DNA from: Candidatus Krumholzibacteriota bacterium
GTDB taxonomy: Bacteria; Krumholzibacteriota; Krumholzibacteriia; LZORAL124-64-63
NCBI GenBank assembly: GCA_039714075.1
Contig: JBDLKA010000040.1
Span: forward strand, 1 to 28,493
Length of the DNA stretch: 28,493 nt
Direction of reading: 5' to 3'
How positions within the stretch are numbered: the first letter of the stretch is position 1; each line of letters begins with the position of its first letter. Both the position numbers and the translations under genes were made by a program. The notes beneath the pieces were generated by a model. It saw nothing but the letters and a program-made list of their open reading frames with translations. It did not search any database and was not told the DNA's origin. Positions 23,619 to 28,493 of the stretch are shown here, one piece after another.

Positions 23619-24071
23619 TCAGGACCCGCCTTCCCGCACGACCCCGCGGGGAACACGGTGATGCAGGATCCAGACCCGGGCCTGGCTCCGCAACTCGGAG
23701 GAAGCCTCGTCGCCGTAACCCGATGCGGCCAAGGACGCGAACCGGGCCCGTGAGCAGGATCCGTCCAGAAAGCCCGCCCAGTCCTCGCCGTACAGAGGGG
23801 CTATCTGCGGCCGGGGAAAGGCCGCCAGGGCCACCCGTTTGAGGATGATGTCGACGTCCCGCACGGTGCGGGCGTTCGCCAGAAGCGCCAGTCCGGCCCG
23901 CCGGTAGGCGCTGCGTGCGCGAGAGCGGCGCACCAGGACGATGAGCGTCAGGGCGGCCGCAAGGATGATCACAAGGACGACCCACACTCCGGGAGCCGGC
24001 GGCCACAGCGGCGGCGGCGCGGGTTCGACGATGTCACGCAGGTTCTGCAGGCTGGCCGCCGATTCGGTCAT
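23619..24071 (-). CDS. DUF4381-family membrane protein
   Basis: LRDIVEPAPPPLWPPAPG followed by a TM helix, YRRAGL, LKRVAL, LYGEDWAGFLD. Confidence 0.85.
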   Translation of the reverse strand: MTESAASLQNLRDIVEPAPPPLWPPAPGVWVVLVIILAAALTLIVLVRRSRARSAYRRAGLALLANARTVRDVDIILKRVALAAFPRPQIAPLYGEDWAGFLDGSCSRARFASLAASGYGDEASSELRSQARVWILHHRVPRGVVREGGS

Positions 24072-25033
24072 GACGGCCTCCCGGGAACGCCCAACAGCCG
24101 CCGTACCTGGGCCACGACGTCGCCCTGGTTGCTGATCATCAGCAACGGCGCGGACAACCGTCGCAGGAAACGGGTCAGGTTTTCCTGCTCCTTGCGGTAG
24201 TCGGCGGCCACCTTTTCGTTCACCGAACGATTCGTCAGGTCGAGATCCATCTGCAGAGCGCCGTCGGAGACCGTCACCCGCTGGCCGGTGGGATCGACGC
24301 GGAGGGGGTCATGAATCAGGAAAGCGAGGACGTCGTTGTGCGCCGTCAGTCCGGCGGCAAGACGTTCGGTTTCCGCATCGACACCCATGCCGTCGCTGAT
24401 CGTTACCACAAGCACGTCGTGGGGCGCAAGGACCCGGGCCTTCTCCAGCGCCTTGTTGAGTTGGCCAGGATTCGGGGGCACATCGCTGTCGGCCGCCAGG
24501 GCGTGGTTCTGGCGCACGACCTCCCCGAGGATCTGCATGACGGCCTGCTGACTGCGTTGGGGCCTGATCTCCACCATCTCGTTGTCGTTGAACACGATCG
24601 CCCCGATACGATCCCCCACCGACAGGGCCCGCCATGCCGCCAGGGCCGCCAGTTCCGCGGCCGTCACGGACTTCAGTTTTTCACGTGTGCCGAAGAACAT
24701 GTTCTGCCGCTGGTCCACCAGCAGCAGCACGGCGCGGTCCTTTTCCTCGGTGTAGACCCGGACGTGGGGACTGCGTGTCCGGGCGGTGACCTTCCAATCC
24801 ATGTTGCGGATGTCGTCGCCGGGAAGGTAGCGCCGCAGTTCCTCGAAGTTCAGCCCGCGACCGCGCAATCGCGAAGCGTAACGGCCGGACAGAACGCTGG
24901 TCACGGGCTGCCGTGGCTGGAAGGAGAAGTCGCGCGCCTTGAACTGGATGCGGATCAACTCGTCGAGGTCGGCATACACGCCGGCGGGCCTGCTGGCCGT
25001 GGCACGGTTGCGTTTGATCTTCGACCAGTCCAT
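24068..25033 (-). CDS. DUF58 protein (MoxR partner)
   Basis: RGRGLNFEELRRYLPGDDIRNMDWKVTART, MFFG, GDRIG. Confidence 0.93.
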   Translation of the reverse strand: MDWSKIKRNRATASRPAGVYADLDELIRIQFKARDFSFQPRQPVTSVLSGRYASRLRGRGLNFEELRRYLPGDDIRNMDWKVTARTRSPHVRVYTEEKDRAVLLLVDQRQNMFFGTREKLKSVTAAELAALAAWRALSVGDRIGAIVFNDNEMVEIRPQRSQQAVMQILGEVVRQNHALAADSDVPPNPGQLNKALEKARVLAPHDVLVVTISDGMGVDAETERLAAGLTAHNDVLAFLIHDPLRVDPTGQRVTVSDGALQMDLDLTNRSVNEKVAADYRKEQENLTRFLRRLSAPLLMISNQGDVVAQVRRLLGVPGRPS

Positions 25034-25058
25034 CGTCCCTCCCTCCCGGGATGCAGAG

Positions 25059-26027
<969 letters not shown>

Positions 26028-26059
26028 GTTCCCCTCCTGTTCCGCCCCGCGGCCCCTGG

Positions 26060-26839
26060 TTAGTTGAACTGCATGTTAAGCGCTGTGAAAATCTGGAATT
26101 TCGGGGTCCCTGCGCCCTCGTGCAGGACCGTGAACTGCGGTTCCAGGAAGATATTGAAGACCGTGTTCCCGGATTTGACCACCTGGCCGAAGCCGAATCC
26201 GAAAGGCACTAGGTAGTTACCACTCTTGAGATCGAAGGCCATGGTCGGGGCGGTGCGCAGGTATTTGCCTCCGCCGAGCTGCCAGAAACCGAAGGGCTGG
26301 ATGGCCAGGACACTGGTATCCGCACGTTCTTCGTCCCCGCCGACGCTGGCCTGCCAGAACACGAGCCCGCCGTACTGCAGCTGGGGCGAGGGAACCATGA
26401 ACGTCACCGCCGCCAGGCCGAGCTGGGTCTTGCCGGTGCCCAGTTCATGGCGCTCGGCGGTGGGCAAAGACAGCTGGGGACCGATGCCGAATGTCTGCTC
26501 GGGTGTGCTCTTCAGAAGGTAGGCGCCGAAAATTTCGAAATCGCCGAGCCCGGAAATGGGGGCATCCATACCCGGAATGGTCTTGACGGGCAGTGAGGCG
26601 CGCCACAGCACGGGGCCGGTCGGTTTCGCGGCACGGAACCAAAGAGTGTTGACGGTCTCGTCCGGCACGCCGAAGAGGGTCGGGGCATAGTAGTTCTGGA
26701 CGTTGAAGGCGGTCATGTCGGCCAATGGATTGTTCGCCTTCGCCAGTTCCTCGGCGCTGGGACCCTCGGCCAGGGCGGGCTGTGACAGGGCGAGTGTCAG
26801 GATGAAGATCACAGAAACGATCCCGGCTGGTTTTCTCAT
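26060..26839 (-). CDS. Putative outer-membrane beta-barrel/transporter protein
   Basis: Signal peptide, ELAKANNPLA, GLGD, GPQLSLPTA...LGTGK, C-terminal ALNMQF beta-signal; AAGGAG RBS. Confidence 0.75.
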   Translation of the reverse strand: MRKPAGIVSVIFILTLALSQPALAEGPSAEELAKANNPLADMTAFNVQNYYAPTLFGVPDETVNTLWFRAAKPTGPVLWRASLPVKTIPGMDAPISGLGDFEIFGAYLLKSTPEQTFGIGPQLSLPTAERHELGTGKTQLGLAAVTFMVPSPQLQYGGLVFWQASVGGDEERADTSVLAIQPFGFWQLGGGKYLRTAPTMAFDLKSGNYLVPFGFGFGQVVKSGNTVFNIFLEPQFTVLHEGAGTPKFQIFTALNMQFN

Positions 26840-27230
26840 TACTGGACTCCTTGGGCAAGGGCACCATCATTAAAACCGGGCGGCAATCGGGCCGTCCGCT
26901 TTGAGAGAGAGTTGTTCAGGTATGATTGATCCGATTTGTCCCCATGCGCAACCGGACCCTGGAGCCCCGGCAGGGTATCATGGCCAATCCATGGATTCAA
27001 TTCGAAATTCGACCCAATCAGACCGGTAATCTTATACCAGAAAGGTGATTACTCCTCCCGGAATCAAGCCTGTTTCCGGCACCGGCAAGGCAGGCCGCAT
27101 GGAGCGAAAAATGCATTCCCCCGGCAAGTGCAAATCCTGGTTAAGGGTTCGCCCTTGACCATCGTATCCCAACGTTTCCCATCGGCCCTGATGGTGCCGC
27201 CCTGCCCCTCGATACCGGGAGGAAAGTTGC

Positions 27231-27830
27231 ATGAAATTCATCAGTGACGGGCTCCGCTTCAATGCAAAGTCCTCCAAATTCCGTACCCTTTGGAACGATC
27301 TGCGAACCAATCCCCGGTATTCCCGTTTCGGAATCCTCTCCGCCCTGTTGACGGCCTGCGTCATGACCTTCTACCTGAGCCCGATACATGATCTCGGCAG
27401 CGAAACCTTCGTGTGGCTCTATACCCTCCCCGCCATGCTGGCGATCCAATCCGTGGGATTCGTGGGCGGATTTTCCCTCGCGATAGCCATGGGAACGGTT
27501 GCCGCGGTGCGACCGGGCATGCGCCTGCGGGCTCTGGGAATCATCAGTGCCCTGGTATCGGTCAACTACCTGTGCGAGTACAAGACTGGGTTCCGCTTGG
27601 GGGAATCCCTCCTGTGGGATGTTCAAACCGGAATCGAAATGGCTGTCGGGATCCCGGCCAGCCTGGCCTTCGATCTAGCGGGACATAACCCGGTCCTGGC
27701 TTGCCTGCTTCTCGTTCTGATACCTGTGTTGATGTGGGTTTCCTGCCGCGGGTGGGTCCTCGGATTCATGAAAGCCCGGCGGTCAGCACAAAACCGGATG
27801 CAGCAATGGGGATTCGACGAAAACTTTTGA
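27231..27830 (+). CDS. Hypothetical integral membrane protein
   Basis: GGGAGG RBS, about 4 hydrophobic segments; fills the gap between the Bat operon and the tRNA. Confidence 0.65.
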   Translation: MKFISDGLRFNAKSSKFRTLWNDLRTNPRYSRFGILSALLTACVMTFYLSPIHDLGSETFVWLYTLPAMLAIQSVGFVGGFSLAIAMGTVAAVRPGMRLRALGIISALVSVNYLCEYKTGFRLGESLLWDVQTGIEMAVGIPASLAFDLAGHNPVLACLLLVLIPVLMWVSCRGWVLGFMKARRSAQNRMQQWGFDENF

Positions 27831-27887
27831 GTTGGCGTCGCGGCCGTGCATCAAGGTGGCACGCACAGCCGACTCAAACCTCCCATC

Positions 27888-27923
27888 AAAAAAAGGGCCC
27901 ACGGCAAACGCCGTAGGTCCTTT
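27888..27923 (-). terminator. Terminator downstream of tRNA-Lys (possibly bidirectional)
   Basis: Minus strand AAAGGACCTACGGC-GTTT-GCCGTGGGCCCTTT followed by more Ts. Confidence 0.8.
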
Positions 27924-27933
27924 GAAATTCATT

Positions 27934-28009
<76 letters not shown>

Positions 28010-28104
28010 ACCATAATCCGTATTTTTTGAAAGCTGTGGTGGCCGGGACCTTCCGGTGCTATCCTGCACCCGACGCAGACGCCCAAAACCTCCACAGGGC
28101 GCAA

Positions 28105-28133
28105 AAACTAGCATTCACACCTGGAGATGTCAA
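28105..28133 (-). promoter_or_regulatory. Sigma70 promoter of the tRNA transcript
   Basis: TTGACA-N17-TAGTTT with TG extension and GC-rich discriminator (TTGCGCCC). Confidence 0.75.
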
Positions 28134-28175
28134 GGCGACCCGCCATGGGCCGCCCCCTGAATAGAAGGAATGACG

Positions 28176-28493
28176 ATGCCCGCTGAAAAACCCCTGAAAA
28201 CCCTCCGCACAAGGCGCAAAAAGGCGGTCGAGATAATCGCCGTCCTGCGCGGGGAATTTCCCGACACAAAGTGCAGCCTGGAGCACCGGGACGCCTGGCA
28301 ACTGCTGGTGGCAACCATCCTTTCGGCCCAGTGCACCGACGCCCGCGTGAACAAGGTCACCCCCGGCCTGTTCGAACAGTTTCCCTCCCCCAAGGACTTC
28401 GCCGAAGCCCCCATCGAGGAAATCGAAGAGGCAGTCCGCAGCACCGGCTTCTATCGCAACAAGGCGAAATCACTGCAGGGAGCCGCCCGCGCG
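28176..28493 (+). CDS. nth: Endonuclease III (3' end runs off the window)
   Basis: Hand translation: CSLEHRDAWQLLVATILSAQCTDARVNKVTPGLF...STGFYRNKAKSL; AGAAGGA RBS (ATG 28170 is an alternative). Confidence 0.93.
   Translation, partial: MPAEKPLKTLRTRRKKAVEIIAVLRGEFPDTKCSLEHRDAWQLLVATILSAQCTDARVNKVTPGLFEQFPSPKDFAEAPIEEIEEAVRSTGFYRNKAKSLQGAARA

Noticed and set aside
26838..27000. Short minus-strand ORF ending in a TAATG overlap with the barrel gene
   Set aside because: No ATG or RBS and no recognisable protein features.
28034..28097. SRP (4.5S) RNA
   Set aside because: CAGG and AGCA are present but are not separated by the GNRA-capped helix that defines SRP domain IV.

Overview
GC-rich chromosomal window from a diderm bacterium. 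The YPNPFNP/FlgD-like C-terminal sorting domain and the gene content suggest an FCB-group candidate lineage (inference). Left to right: a tamB-like gene (cut by the window edge, with an internal ~162-aa duplication), tamA, a cysteine desulfurase, an Rrf2 regulator, an outer-membrane beta-barrel gene, a TPR-repeat sigma54 enhancer-binding protein (bEBP), a small Gly-rich secreted protein overlapping the bEBP start, a stand-alone receiver protein, an AKR / lipoprotein Dcp / GT-C+TPR run, SSS and MFS transporters, a Cys-rich secreted protein, a MoxR/DUF58/VWA (Bat-like) operon, a membrane hypothetical, tRNA-Lys(CTT) and a partial nth. The best novelty candidate is at 5413-9346. A secreted precursor-like protein is translationally coupled to a cytoplasmic bEBP whose only sensor is a TPR array. 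Directly downstream lies a complete-looking sigma54 promoter (UAS palindrome, IHF-like tract, -24/-12 box) in front of the beta-barrel gene. This resembles an RRNPP-like peptide signalling circuit wired to sigma54 in a diderm. That reading is inference from architecture; no searches were run, and all family assignments come from motif recognition by eye.
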